Shown one piece after another: positions 1 through 9,500 of a DNA stretch of 64,000 nucleotides. Origin of the DNA: an uncultured Chloroflexia bacterium (GTDB lineage Bacteria; Chloroflexota; Dehalococcoidia; DSTF01; JALHUB01). The stretch covers positions 1,024,001 through 1,088,000 of the forward strand of contig OY969814.1 of the NCBI GenBank assembly GCA_963703345.1, written 5' to 3'. Under the pieces are notes generated by a model, which saw only the letters and a program-made list of their open reading frames with translations, searched no databases and had not been told where the DNA came from. Positions within the stretch are counted from its first letter, which is position 1. Each line of letters begins with the position of its first letter. A program made the translations under genes and the position numbers.

Positions 1-640
1 CGACGGCCAACAGCCAGCGCCAGGAGCTCCCTCGGCCCACAAACAGTCCCGCCGTGGCTGCCAGGCTGACCACGAGGAAGGCACCCAGCACATCGGGTTG
101 GCCAAACGTGGAGCCAACGCGGCCCTCTGGAATCTGTACCCACTCAATCCAGTCCAGCCCTAGCCGTTGGATCAGCGCATAGCCGGCCACCGCTGTCCCT
201 GAGACAAACATGCCGCCCAGCACTATGCTCAAGTCCCGGCGCGATCGTACGAAAGCGGCCGAAACCAAGAAGAGCGCAACGTAGAGAAGAGTAGGAAGCA
301 GACCTTGGTACCGCTCACTCTCGCCGAGAAGGCTAGCCCGTCGGTCAACGGCGAATGCGACGGCAACTACGTTGGCGATGATGAAGGCCAGAAGAGGCAA
401 GACAACCGCTGCCCGAAGGCTCCAGTCCTCGCCCTTGCCACGGGCCGCCATGTATGCGATCCACAAGAGCCCGCCGCCGACGAACGCAGCGGTCGCGGCC
501 AGCCGAGGCAGCACCAGTTGGTCAGCCAGTGGCTCCACAACCACAAGCGGAACCACCACCGCCAAGAGGGCCAGCCAGAGAGCGCCCGTGACACCAGGCG
601 ATGCGCCGGCGAGATCACGCAGTCTCAGCGAGGTACGCAA
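1..640 (-). CDS. O-antigen ligase / Wzy_C-family polytopic membrane protein (runs off the window edge)
   Basis: Not in the ORF track. Manual minus-strand translation gives multiple TM helices plus SLLGESERYQGL and GRVGSTFGQPDVLGAFL motifs. The TTG start at 640 is tentative; there is an in-frame stop at 668-670. Confidence 0.7.
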   Translation of the reverse strand, partial: MRTSLRLRDLAGASPGVTGALWLALLAVVVPLVVVEPLADQLVLPRLAATAAFVGGGLLWIAYMAARGKGEDWSLRAAVVLPLLAFIIANVVAVAFAVDRRASLLGESERYQGLLPTLLYVALFLVSAAFVRSRRDLSIVLGGMFVSGTAVAGYALIQRLGLDWIEWVQIPEGRVGSTFGQPDVLGAFLVVSLAATAGLFVGRGSSWRWLLAV

Positions 641-757
641 GACGTGTATGCGCCCAACGAATAGGTATTAGCGGAGAGCCGGCACACTCGAGCGACAGCC
701 AATGCCGAAGTCCGAGAGCTCCTCACCAAAGAGGTGCGGTAAGCCAGCGCCAGCAGG

Positions 758-1144
758 TCACCAAGGCCACCACCGTCGAACAAGGCCCGGCGGCGACGGC
801 GCGTGTGGCGGTGACACATGGCCCGGCGGCGACACCTGGCCCGGTGCCGACACTTGGCCCGGCGATGACACATGGCCCGGCGGTGACACTTGGCCCGGCG
901 GTGACACTTGGCCCGGCGATGACACATGGCCCGGCGGCGACAGATGGCCCGGCGGCGACACTTGGCCCGGCGATGACACATGGCCCGGCGGCGACACATG
1001 ACCCATCTGAGCTGCTGCGTTCCCCGTGGGCCCATTTAAGGAGGGCACGATTATCGCCATTGCCACCGTGCCAACCAGTGCCGCGAGGACGAGCGCAACC
1101 ACCACGAGGAGCCTAGCTGGGATCCGAAAAGCGGATAACTTCAT
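758..1144 (-). CDS. Secreted/membrane-anchored protein with ~11 tandem G(H/Q)VS(P/S)P hexapeptide repeats
   Basis: ATG start, basic N-terminus plus hydrophobic signal/TM segment, and an upstream sigma70-like promoter on the same strand. Confidence 0.7.
   Translation of the reverse strand: MKLSAFRIPARLLVVVALVLAALVGTVAMAIIVPSLNGPTGNAAAQMGHVSPPGHVSSPGQVSPPGHLSPPGHVSSPGQVSPPGQVSPPGHVSSPGQVSAPGQVSPPGHVSPPHAPSPPGLVRRWWPW
813..1004. repeat. 18-bp tandem repeat, ~10.7 copies (consensus GACACWTGGCCCGGCGRY)
   Basis: Directly visible; unit length is a multiple of 3 and it lies inside ORF 758-1144. Confidence 0.95.
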
Positions 1145-1213
1145 GGCGCGACCTTTCTGTCGGCGGCGATGCCATTGGGCGAGGAGTTCTATGGATGAGC
1201 CACCAGCAGCGAA

Positions 1214-1241
1214 AGTGTAGCATAGGTTAGGGGATTGTCAA
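1214..1241 (-). promoter_or_regulatory. Sigma70-like promoter for the repeat protein
   Basis: Minus strand TTGACA-16bp-TACACT with an extended -10 TG. Confidence 0.55.
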
Positions 1242-1571
1242 GCAGCGATATTCATCGTCCTCCGCACAGGAATCGGGGAATCGGGCCGAATTCGCAGGCT
1301 AGTCGGAGTCTATGCAAACACCATGGGGACTTAGTGTCGGGTCCAAGGGTTCTTGCGCGCTCGCCAATGGCGTGAGATCCGAGGAGTGACCGCGGCGCGG
1401 GGGCAAGGCGGCAAAAGGGCGGAGAGCCCCCTTTTCGGAAGGCTCTCCGCCGACTAGCGTTGCTTGCCTGGAGTTTGCCGGTTGTCCTCACGAGGAGCGC
1501 GTCAGCCGGGCCTAATGCCCCTTCAGCAATGACAGGAACTGATTCGACGCGGCGCGTTCCATTGGTCATTC

Positions 1572-1600
1572 TTGTCGCAGCCGCCGCCGTCTGATAGGAT
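1572..1600 (+). promoter_or_regulatory. Sigma70-like promoter upstream of the tRNA-Pro 5' half
   Basis: TTGTCG-17bp-TAGGAT, 9 nt before the tRNA-like sequence. Confidence 0.5.
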
Positions 1601-1609
1601 TCCAGCGGT

Positions 1610-1644
1610 TGGGGCGTAACGCAGCCCGGTAGCGCACGTGAATG
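1610..1644 (+). tRNA. Degenerate 5' half of tRNA-Pro (fragment, ends in the anticodon loop)
   Basis: TGGGGCGTAACGCAGCCCGGTAGCGCACGTGAATG. The acceptor 5' strand complements CGCCCCG of the downstream 3' halves, it has a Pro-type D-arm, and it breaks at the anticodon. Confidence 0.7.
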
Positions 1645-1781
1645 CGGGGTATCCCCGAGAATGCAAGCTAGTTAGGTGCACGCCCCAAGTCTGATTTCGT
1701 ATCTAAGACCCTTGCGAAGCCAGTCTATTTGGGCGCACTCATGAGAACAGGACTCATTGACGCTGGCGCTACGATCTTTCT

Positions 1782-1900
1782 GTGAGAAGGAATACCCCAT
1801 CCCGCTGCCCGCGCTGTCGCGGCTTCCTCACTGTCGACGGCTACGAACGCAACGGCACATTGTACGCATCAACTGCGGCCATGTCGCGTGGCCGGCCCGA
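1782..1900 (+). pseudogene. Small Zn-ribbon protein remnant, frameshifted
   Basis: CPRCRGFL... in one frame continues as (C)INCGHV in another after a 1-nt deletion near 1866. Confidence 0.4.
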
Positions 1901-2038
1901 GTCTTGGGACCTTCTGGGTGTGAAGCATCTGAGCATGAGCGCTGTGCATCAGAATCAGCACCCCCCCAGCGAAAACGCGGAAGTTATCATCTGGAAAATG
2001 GGCCATTAGGCGCGACTGCGACTAGTCCCAGCTGTACG

Positions 2039-2425
2039 TCACTGCTGAGAAATAATGTCCTTGAATGTTACAGGGTCTGTCGCATAGAGAACCGCTCGTT
2101 CCAAGGCTTCTTCGCGGAAACTATGAACCTTGAGATAGTCGGGGTTGTTGACCATTTTGAGGAACGCCTTGCGGGACGGATATTGGACGAGAATCACAGT
2201 ATCCCACGTCTCTATTCCATAAAGTAACTCCTTTGCATTGCCGAAATAGAGCAGCTTGGCGCCGACGTTTTCGAGGAATGGGCCCGATTCCTTGATGTAC
2301 CGAGAATAAGCCTCCCAGCCTCCTTCGTTCTTAAACTTCAGGAGATTGAGCATGACAACTGGTCTTTCATTCGTATTAGCGGCTAATTCCTGGAATTGAT
2401 CTTCGTTGGTTTTTATGCCAGTCAT
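2039..2425 (-). CDS. DUF1330-family protein
   Basis: PVVMLNLLKF...WDTVILVQYPSRKAF...HSFREEAL motifs; GAGGAG RBS; visibly AT-richer than its flanks. Confidence 0.8.
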   Translation of the reverse strand: MTGIKTNEDQFQELAANTNERPVVMLNLLKFKNEGGWEAYSRYIKESGPFLENVGAKLLYFGNAKELLYGIETWDTVILVQYPSRKAFLKMVNNPDYLKVHSFREEALERAVLYATDPVTFKDIISQQ

Positions 2426-2455
2426 CCTATTCTCTCTCCTCGGTGTTGCCGGGCT

Positions 2456-2507
2456 TGGTGGGCGATGCAGGGCTCGAACCTGGGCCCTTCTGGGTGTAAA
2501 GCAGATG
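2456..2507 (-). tRNA. 3' half of tRNA-Val(TAC), degenerate fragment
   Basis: Reverse complement reads ATCTGCTTTACACCCAGAAGGGCCCAGGTTCGAGCCCTGCATCGCCCACCA: TAC anticodon loop, T-loop and CCA, with no D-arm. Confidence 0.75.
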
Positions 2508-2642
2508 ACGACCGCAGGTGGGCATCCCGTAACAGACCCCCAAGTCCACTCGTTATCAGTGTAGAGGCTACGCACCCCAACCTGCGAACGATTGTAGCGC
2601 AAACCGGGGTTAGCGCGGCCCTACTCTTTTGCCTTTGGCCCG

Positions 2643-2840
2643 TGTGGGGTGCCAATATTCCGTCCGTATCCGGGAGAGCGGCGAGTGGCAAACCAGGACC
2701 GCCGAATGCCGGCAGAGGAGCGCAAACCCTCTGCCTGTCACGCAGGGGGTTGACGGCCCGTGGTCTGTGCCGTTCATCAGGCACAAGGGCGACTCAGAGT
2801 GCGAGCTCCACAGATACGGATGGGGCTTTGGCACCCCACA
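2643..2840. mobile_element. MITE-like non-autonomous element (198 bp) related to the IS at 30499-31660
   Basis: Terminal inverted repeats TGTGGGGTGCCAATATTCCGTCCGTATC / GATACGGATGGGGCTTTGGCACCCCACA resemble the IS ends. No transposase and no clear target duplication. Confidence 0.75.
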
Positions 2841-3001
2841 CGTGGGCCGGACTCCTGCCGCCGGGCGATTGTCCTCTCTGGGCAACCCTCGAGCAGAAGA
2901 CGGGCGACTGGGTCCCGGTGGCGACTCAGCACTAGGCCGTCAGCCACCTTGCCGTGACACTGTCATCGTTGTTCGGCTTTGAGCACCTCCGCCCGCGCCG
3001 G

Positions 3002-4304
3002 TCACCCCAGCATGGGTGGCAGGCGCGAGTTGAGCCCGTGCAGCCTAGCGTGCAAGAGGATCCAGAACGAGTGCAAAGGATTCAGGGGCACCATGTCAAG
3101 CGGCCTCACCTTCATCAGGGTGGTCAAGCCGGCGATTATGCCGCGCAGGTCATTGTGGGCGCCCACCTCGATGATCCGGCGACCAGGATAGCGTCGCCGC
3201 AGCTCCGCCCCCCGCTCGCCGATGGCGCATGGCCCCACGACTAGGATGTCGCCGGGCAGGTTCTCCAGGTCGGCGTCCCGGAAGCCCTTGCCGAAGACAA
3301 TAGTAAACCCGCCCTGGCCGGAATAGTCGTTGGTCAGTATCTCCAGGATGACTTCGCTGTTCCCCTTGCAACCCTCGACGCACGCACGCTCGCGGCCCTC
3401 GACAATGCGCACGTCGGGGTGGAAGCGTCGCAGGATGGCATAAGGATAGCGTGTCTGGAAGCGGCCGAGGTCGCCGATGACCTCGATACGCTCCAGCCGT
3501 CCCTCACCCAAGCCCCACTCCGCTGTCAGGCGTAGGTGCTCCACTTCTTCGATGTCGTAGCCCATCACCCTGGCGCCCACCGCGTCCACAGCTACCGTAT
3601 CCTGGCCGCCGACGAGGATATTGAGTTGGGCGCTGCACTCGTCCAGCAGCGTCCGCGGCGGCGCGTTCCCGTGAAACACAGCCGTAATCCCCTCGATGAT
3701 GCAGAAGTCGGGCCGCACCATCCGGTAGAGACTGGCGAGACGGAGGTGCAACGTGTCGTGATTATGGAAGTTCATGCGGTTCTCATGAATCGGGAACGCC
3801 TGCTGATTCTTCACGCCCAGTGTCACCGTCGTCATGGAGTGGGTCTTCAGCTTGGGCAGGCTCAGGTAGAAGTTTCCCGGTCGTTGCGACGGGTCGATGA
3901 ACGTCTCGTAGAGCCGGCGGGAGATGCGTATCGGCGTCTCCTCGCCCCCCAGCGTGTACGGCACCGTCCTTCCCTCGTCCAAGTAGACCAGCTCGGCGCC
4001 GTGGCGGCGGGCGATGTCGGCATAGCCGGTCACCGCGAAGACAAGACGGGTGGCGACACCATGAGAAGAGTTCTCCATCAGGGCCGCGCGACGGTAGCCG
4101 TTGTCACCCAGCCAGCCCAGCAGGGCGTTCGACTACGGCTGGCTCCGTGTACGTCCCCGCAGAGAAGTGCACGCCGTTAGGCTTGACGTAGACCCGGCTT
4201 CCGCTGGGGATGACGTTGGCGATGCCCCCGTAAGGCGCAAAGATCGCCTCCAGCGCGGCGGACACGCCGTTGCTTGTGTCGGCAATGGTGACGGCTGGTC
4301 GCAC
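3002..4304 (-). pseudogene. DUF362-family Fe-S protein, frameshifted near 4128
   Basis: VYVKPN motif in ORF 4104-4304; PKLKTH/TLGVKN/DTVAVDAV motifs in ORF 3002-4078. Removing one base joins them (VV-ALLGWLGDNGYRRAALMEN). GGAGGA RBS. Confidence 0.8.
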
Positions 4305-4522
4305 GGTCGGTACGTCCTCCGGGCTATTCGCCTCAGGTTAACACGGACCTACTCTCGTCGTGAATACGTTCGAGGCGCCAAGGCTCGACCCCCTACGGGC
4401 TCAGGTGACAATGCGGGCCGGCAGGCACGCCCGCGACCCTTTGCCTGGAAAGCAGATGGCCGCCGCTTTGAGGCGAAAGAGGCTGGGCATCCTGCACAGC
4501 CTTCATTAGTGTATGTGTGTTC

Positions 4523-4570
4523 TGGAGCGGGAAACGGGACTCGAACCAGTGACCCTCTGCTTGGGAAGCA
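4523..4570 (-). tRNA. 3' half of tRNA-Gly(CCC), fragment
   Basis: Reverse complement TGCTTCCCAAGCAGAGGGTCACTGGTTCGAGTCCCGTTTCCCGCTCCA. Confidence 0.8.
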
Positions 4571-4619
4571 AAGGCTGCAGCCATCGCCGTCTTGAGACTC
4601 AAGCGGGAACCAGAAAGCC

Positions 4620-4852
4620 TTGACCGACCGCGACCGGCACGTCACAATAGCGCTGCCTGGCGTCGCGCCGTATCAGCTACGAGCTGAGCAGCGGAAGATT
4701 CAGGAGAGACACTCGGCCTAGCCAGATTCTGCACCTGAATCTTCTCCAAGGACGGCCGCCGGCAGATTCGGAATCGGCGCTTTCGGCTGGATTCCCGACC
4801 TGATTGATGGGGTTCAGGAGGTCGTGGGTTCGAATCCCACCGCCCCGACCAG
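4620..4852 (+). repeat. Copy 1 of ~230-bp direct repeat (promoter-like boxes, hairpins, tRNA-Pro 3' half)
   Basis: High identity to 10322-10554, read by eye. Confidence 0.9.
4807..4851 (+). tRNA. 3' half of tRNA-Pro(GGG), att-like fragment, copy 1
   Basis: ATGGGGTTCAGGAGGTCGTGGGTTCGAATCCCACCGCCCCGACCA; begins exactly at the anticodon loop. Confidence 0.85.
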
Positions 4853-4935
4853 TTTCCCTACAAACTGGCACAGAACAGCCCATCATCGGGGTGGCGAATC
4901 GGTTACGAACTGACGACGCCGTGGGCTTCGCCAGC

Positions 4936-6543
4936 CTAGACTTGCGAACCCTTTCGCTGATCCGGGTTGGGGCGGCGTCCTATGCGGCGCGCGATGTCGG
5001 CGGCGAAATTAGCGGCTGTTCCCACGACGCCGCGCTGGTGGGGGATGGGGCGCATCGCGTTCGACAGTTCCGGGTGCTTCTCGGCGTAAGCCCGCACCTC
5101 CTCCAGCGTCACGCCGTAGGCGTCGAGCACGCGCTGCAGCTCCCCACGGGCCTTGTCTTTCGCCTCCTGCAGCTTCATCTGCACCCGGCTCTTGACCAGC
5201 ACCTCGCCGTCTCCTGTCGTCTCGATGGGGATAAAGACCGTGTCGGCCAGGTCGCTCACCACCTTCGCCTGGACGCCATCGCTGATCGTACTGGGCATGC
5301 AGCCGAAAGGCTTGATGGAGATCATCATGTGAGCCTTGGCGTGTCGCACCATGTATATGTGCTTGGTGACCTCCAAGTGACCCTCGCCAGCGATGAGGCG
5401 CTTCTCGTAGTAGCCTTCGGAGTAGCGGTCGAGCATGTCCATCGCTGGGAAACCCTGCGGCTTCATATTCATGATGGCGCGGTAGAAGGTGTAGAGGATC
5501 TCCCCGAAGTGCTTGCCTACACGGAGTCCGAACCAGATGAGCCAGGGGTTGGCCGTGCCCATCCCCTGCGGGTCTGACTTGACGAAGAGGCGGTCCCGCA
5601 CCTTGAGCTCGTTGAGCCAGATCATGTACTCGAACCAGGCCCCGACCGTGTCCAGCATCACCTCGGCGCCCTCGTCCTCCAGCCAGTGCAGGAGACGGTG
5701 GTTCGACTCGTCCTCCGCGTGCTTGAGGAAGAACTCGCCGGTGACCTTCACCCGTGGCTTGACCCTCAGGTAATCGACCTCGATGCGGCCGAGCTTGACC
5801 CTGATAGCCGCCATCGTCTTCGAGATGGAGAGCCCTTCTCTTGCTGCCACACGCAACATCTCGCGGGCCTCCGCCAGCGCCCTGTCGGTTGCCCCGGGGA
5901 CGACCTCGTAGGGCCGGATCTGGCAGGCGAGGTCGCCCAGGAGGTCGGCGGCGATCGCCACCTTGGCGAGGCGCCAGAACACCTTGGGCGTCATCTGCAC
6001 CCCCGCCGACTCCTGATTGATGTCGAGGCCGTGGGCGATATCCAGCATCGCGATCCGGAAGTTGGGGAAGCCGGCCGCCTTGAGCGCCTTGCGCATGTCC
6101 GCCTCGTACATCCCCATCCGGCAGGGCCCGCAGTCGCTGGCCCAAAGGAGGGCAAAGCGCTCTTCGATCTCGCTGTCGGACAGCCCTTCCCGCCGTCGCT
6201 CGAATAGGAACTTGAGCAGGGTGCCGATCGTGTAGTAGGTGGGGTTGCACTGCCCGCGGTTACAGAACTCCTTGCCGATGGCGAGCGACTCCTGATCAGG
6301 GCTGGGAAGTCGCTGCGCTTTGTAGCCGAGCCCCTCCAGCAACCCCAGAAGCACCTCCTGGAGAGTGGCGGGAAGCGCGCAAAAGACGATGGTCGTCTCG
6401 GCCTTGCTTATCGGCGTGCAGGGTTCGGCGGGCCGCTTGAAATGGCGTACCTTCGGTCCCTCGACGCCCATCTCCTGGACGAGAGCGCGCCGGAAGGCCT
6501 CAACCTCCGCCTCGATCTCAGCCACTGACTCTATCGTGGACAC
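4936..6543 (-). CDS. 2-hydroxyacyl-CoA dehydratase-like / CoA-activase partner protein
   Basis: GQCNP, CGPCRMGMY, TGEFF, GEGHLEV and KPFGCMP motifs; overlaps the upstream activase gene. Confidence 0.8.
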   Translation of the reverse strand: MSTIESVAEIEAEVEAFRRALVQEMGVEGPKVRHFKRPAEPCTPISKAETTIVFCALPATLQEVLLGLLEGLGYKAQRLPSPDQESLAIGKEFCNRGQCNPTYYTIGTLLKFLFERRREGLSDSEIEERFALLWASDCGPCRMGMYEADMRKALKAAGFPNFRIAMLDIAHGLDINQESAGVQMTPKVFWRLAKVAIAADLLGDLACQIRPYEVVPGATDRALAEAREMLRVAAREGLSISKTMAAIRVKLGRIEVDYLRVKPRVKVTGEFFLKHAEDESNHRLLHWLEDEGAEVMLDTVGAWFEYMIWLNELKVRDRLFVKSDPQGMGTANPWLIWFGLRVGKHFGEILYTFYRAIMNMKPQGFPAMDMLDRYSEGYYEKRLIAGEGHLEVTKHIYMVRHAKAHMMISIKPFGCMPSTISDGVQAKVVSDLADTVFIPIETTGDGEVLVKSRVQMKLQEAKDKARGELQRVLDAYGVTLEEVRAYAEKHPELSNAMRPIPHQRGVVGTAANFAADIARRIGRRPNPDQRKGSQV

Positions 6544-9500
6544 GTCCCCCTCCTACCAGAAGTATCTCTTCCTGCAGACGCTTGCGATAGCTCGCCACCC
6601 GCCGCTCGATCTCCTGCTCTGTCTCACGGCGACGTTGCATATCCTCCAGCCGACGGCGGAGGAAATAGTCGATCGTCTCCACCCGCAGCTTGATGGAGCC
6701 GACCGGCCGGTTCTCGTCGAGGTCATGGAAGGCGAAGTAAGGCGTACCGGCCGCCTCGAGTATCCCTTCGATCACGTGGTAGATAGGGGAGTCGAGGCCG
6801 CACTTGAAGGAGGAGAAATCGATACCGGCCAGGTTGGGATGGCGAGCGACGAACTTCGCCGCCCAGACCTTGCGGCTGGTGTTCTCGCTGAAGGTATGTT
6901 TCCAGACATCGTGGATGTCCCGGGGGTCGCCGATCTCCCCCCAGCGCACCTCCTCGCCGAAGAGCCGGTCGAGGATATCATCGTCCATGGGCAGCGAGTC
7001 GATGGTGAAGACGGGGTATCCCAGCCGCTGGATCAGCTCCGGTATGTCGTGATTCACGCCCGGGTCGTTGTGGTAGGGGCGACCAAGCAGTACTATCCCG
7101 AGACGGCCCTCGTCCTCGAGCCGGTCGAGGACCTCCCGCGCCCGTCTCCTCAGGCTGCCGCGGAACGCTGCCAGCGCTCGGTAGCCCTCCCGCATCGCCG
7201 CCGCATTCTCCTCCGGGCTCACGCCGAGGATCGGGCGGACGAAGGTCAACATCTGCTGCTCGAAAAGGTTGGGCTCGGCCATGTGGAGCACGGGGGCGTA
7301 GAAGCAAGCTCCTTTCTCGGCGAAGGCGTCTTTCTCCGTGGTGAAGGCAGCCTTTACCACCTCCGGTATCCCCTGCACCGTGGGACAACTCCAGCCTGCC
7401 TGGCACTCATAGATGTCACTGGGCACGTTCATCATCTCCGGGAAGAACACAATGTCCGGCTGCTTCTTGGTGAGGAGGTTGTGAACGTGGGAGACAGCGA
7501 TCTTCGCCGGGTAACACGGGTCGATGGAGCCGCGCCGCGAGCCCTCGCGGAACATCTGGTCGTCCGTGTAGTCGGACCAGAGGATGTTGCGATGCAGCAC
7601 GCCTAGGCTCTCCAGATACGCGGTGAAGAACGGGGCATAGGAGTACATGGTGAGCAGCCGTGGGATGCCGATGCGCACCGTCGCCCGCCGCTCCCGCAGC
7701 CGCGCCACCGTCCCGCTGCCGTCCCAAACCGACAGGAAGCGCCGGCCGCTGCCGTTGGTGGCAGCGACGCTCTGCGGCGAGTAGCTGTGGAACGCCTCGC
7801 GGGCGGCGATCTCGATGAAGTTGGGGTTCGCCTTCTTCACCGCATTCTCGCGGGTGTTGAAGACCCTCACCGCGTCGATGCTCTCCGCCATCCCTCGCTC
7901 GCAGGTGGCGGAGATGAAGCGGGTCGTGTGTTCGGGCGAGGTCCTGATGTCGACGAAAGTGCGGAGGCACTTGTTCTTGCAGAACGAGCAGCGGGTCGAT
8001 TCGTCGCGGGTGGTGGTGAAGGTGAGCGCCTCCACCCGGTCGAACCCGATGAACGAGCTCTCCCCGCCGTCGCTCACGCGGATCGCCTCGCTGGCAGCGC
8101 CGAGGGCGCCGCTCTCACCGGCGTGCGGATGGACGTGGATCTTCGCGTCCGGCACGCGAGCCTTGATGAAGTCGTACTGCGCCTTGACCACGGCGAGGTT
8201 GTAGTGCGTCCCTCCCTGCAGGAGGAAGGTCTTGCCGAAGCGGGCCAGGTTCGTCTCCTGGACGACGTAGAGCCAGACGTTCTTGGGCAGGGTGAGAGCA
8301 AGGCCGGCCATGATCTCGGACGGCTGCCAGCCGAGCTGCTGGAAGTGCGAGATGTCCTGCTCCAGGAAGACGGCGCAACCGTAGTGAAACGCCGGCGCCC
8401 GCTCGGCGCTGAGGGCGACATCGGCCCACTGATTGAGGTCGTAGCCGAAGCGGGCGGTCGTGCTCTGGAGGAAATAGCCGTTGCCGGCCGAGCACTGCGT
8501 GTTGAGCTTGAAATCCTTGACGGCGCCCGCCTTCATGATGATGACCTTGATGTCCTGCCCCCCAACGTCGGCGATGACGTCCACGTCGGGGTAGTAGCGG
8601 AGGGCGGACCGGGCGTGGGCGACTGTCTCCGGGATCGCCAGGTCGGCGCCGAGCGCCTCCTTCAGTAGGTCCTTGGCGTAGCCCGTCGTGGCCATGCCGA
8701 GGATGCGCAGGCGCGCGCCCTGCCCCTCCACCTGGCGGCGCAGCTCGCCCAGTATCTCCTTGGCATCCTGGAGCGGGTTACCTTTGCAGAGCTGGTAGGC
8801 CTTCGCCAGCAGATTGCCTCCAACGTCCGTGAGGACGGCCTTCGTCGAGGTTGAACCGCCGTCCAGCCCCATGTATGCTTCCACAACCTGGCCGGGCGAG
8901 AAGGCGAGAGGGGTGAACGGTTTAGTGCCGTAAAGACGGCGGAACTCCTCGAGGTCTTCGCCGGGGGCGAGAGGACCCCGCTGGCCGGTGTGCTGCTTCG
9001 CCTTCCGCCGACCGAGGTCGATGTACTCCTCCAGCGCCGCCGTCCCGGCGTAAGTGCCGGCGAGTCCCTCCTCCTGCTGGCCGTAGAGAGCCGTCCCCAA
9101 GGCGGCATAGTACAGGGAGTGCTCCGGCACAACGATTAGCTCCTCGGCGGTGGAGCCGGCGGGCAGCGCCAGCCCCCGTTCCTCCCAGAGGCGCGGCACA
9201 TGTCGCCGCCATGCCTCCTGCAGACAGGGGAAGAAGGTGTTGGGGCCGCCCAGGAGGAGCACCTTGGGGCGCAGAACGTTGCCGCGGGTGAGCACGCTGA
9301 GGTTCTGCTGGACAATCGCCTCAAACAGGGAGACCATCAGATCCTCGGGGGGGACGCCCTGCTTCTGAAGGCTGTTCATATCGGTCTCCGCGAAGACGCC
9401 GCACTTGCCGGCGACGGGGTACACCTTCGCGCTGGCATACCGCATTTCCCGGAGCTGCGCCGGGCTCAGGTGCAGCTTCGCCGCGATGCGGTCGATGACA

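Noticed and set aside
702-1001. Plus-strand (DTWPGG)n ORF
   Set aside because: The opposite-strand ORF has a signal segment and a promoter and is co-directional with the next gene, so it is the better call.
813-1004. CRISPR array
   Set aside because: Contiguous 18-bp coding tandem repeat with no spacers; no cas genes in the window.
1610-1700. Intact or intron-containing tRNA-Pro (TTGGGGCGT can pair with ACGCCCCAA at 1680-1688)
   Set aside because: No T-loop consensus or CCA there, no recognisable group I/II intron motifs, and the nearest 3' half is 3.2 kb away past unrelated genes.
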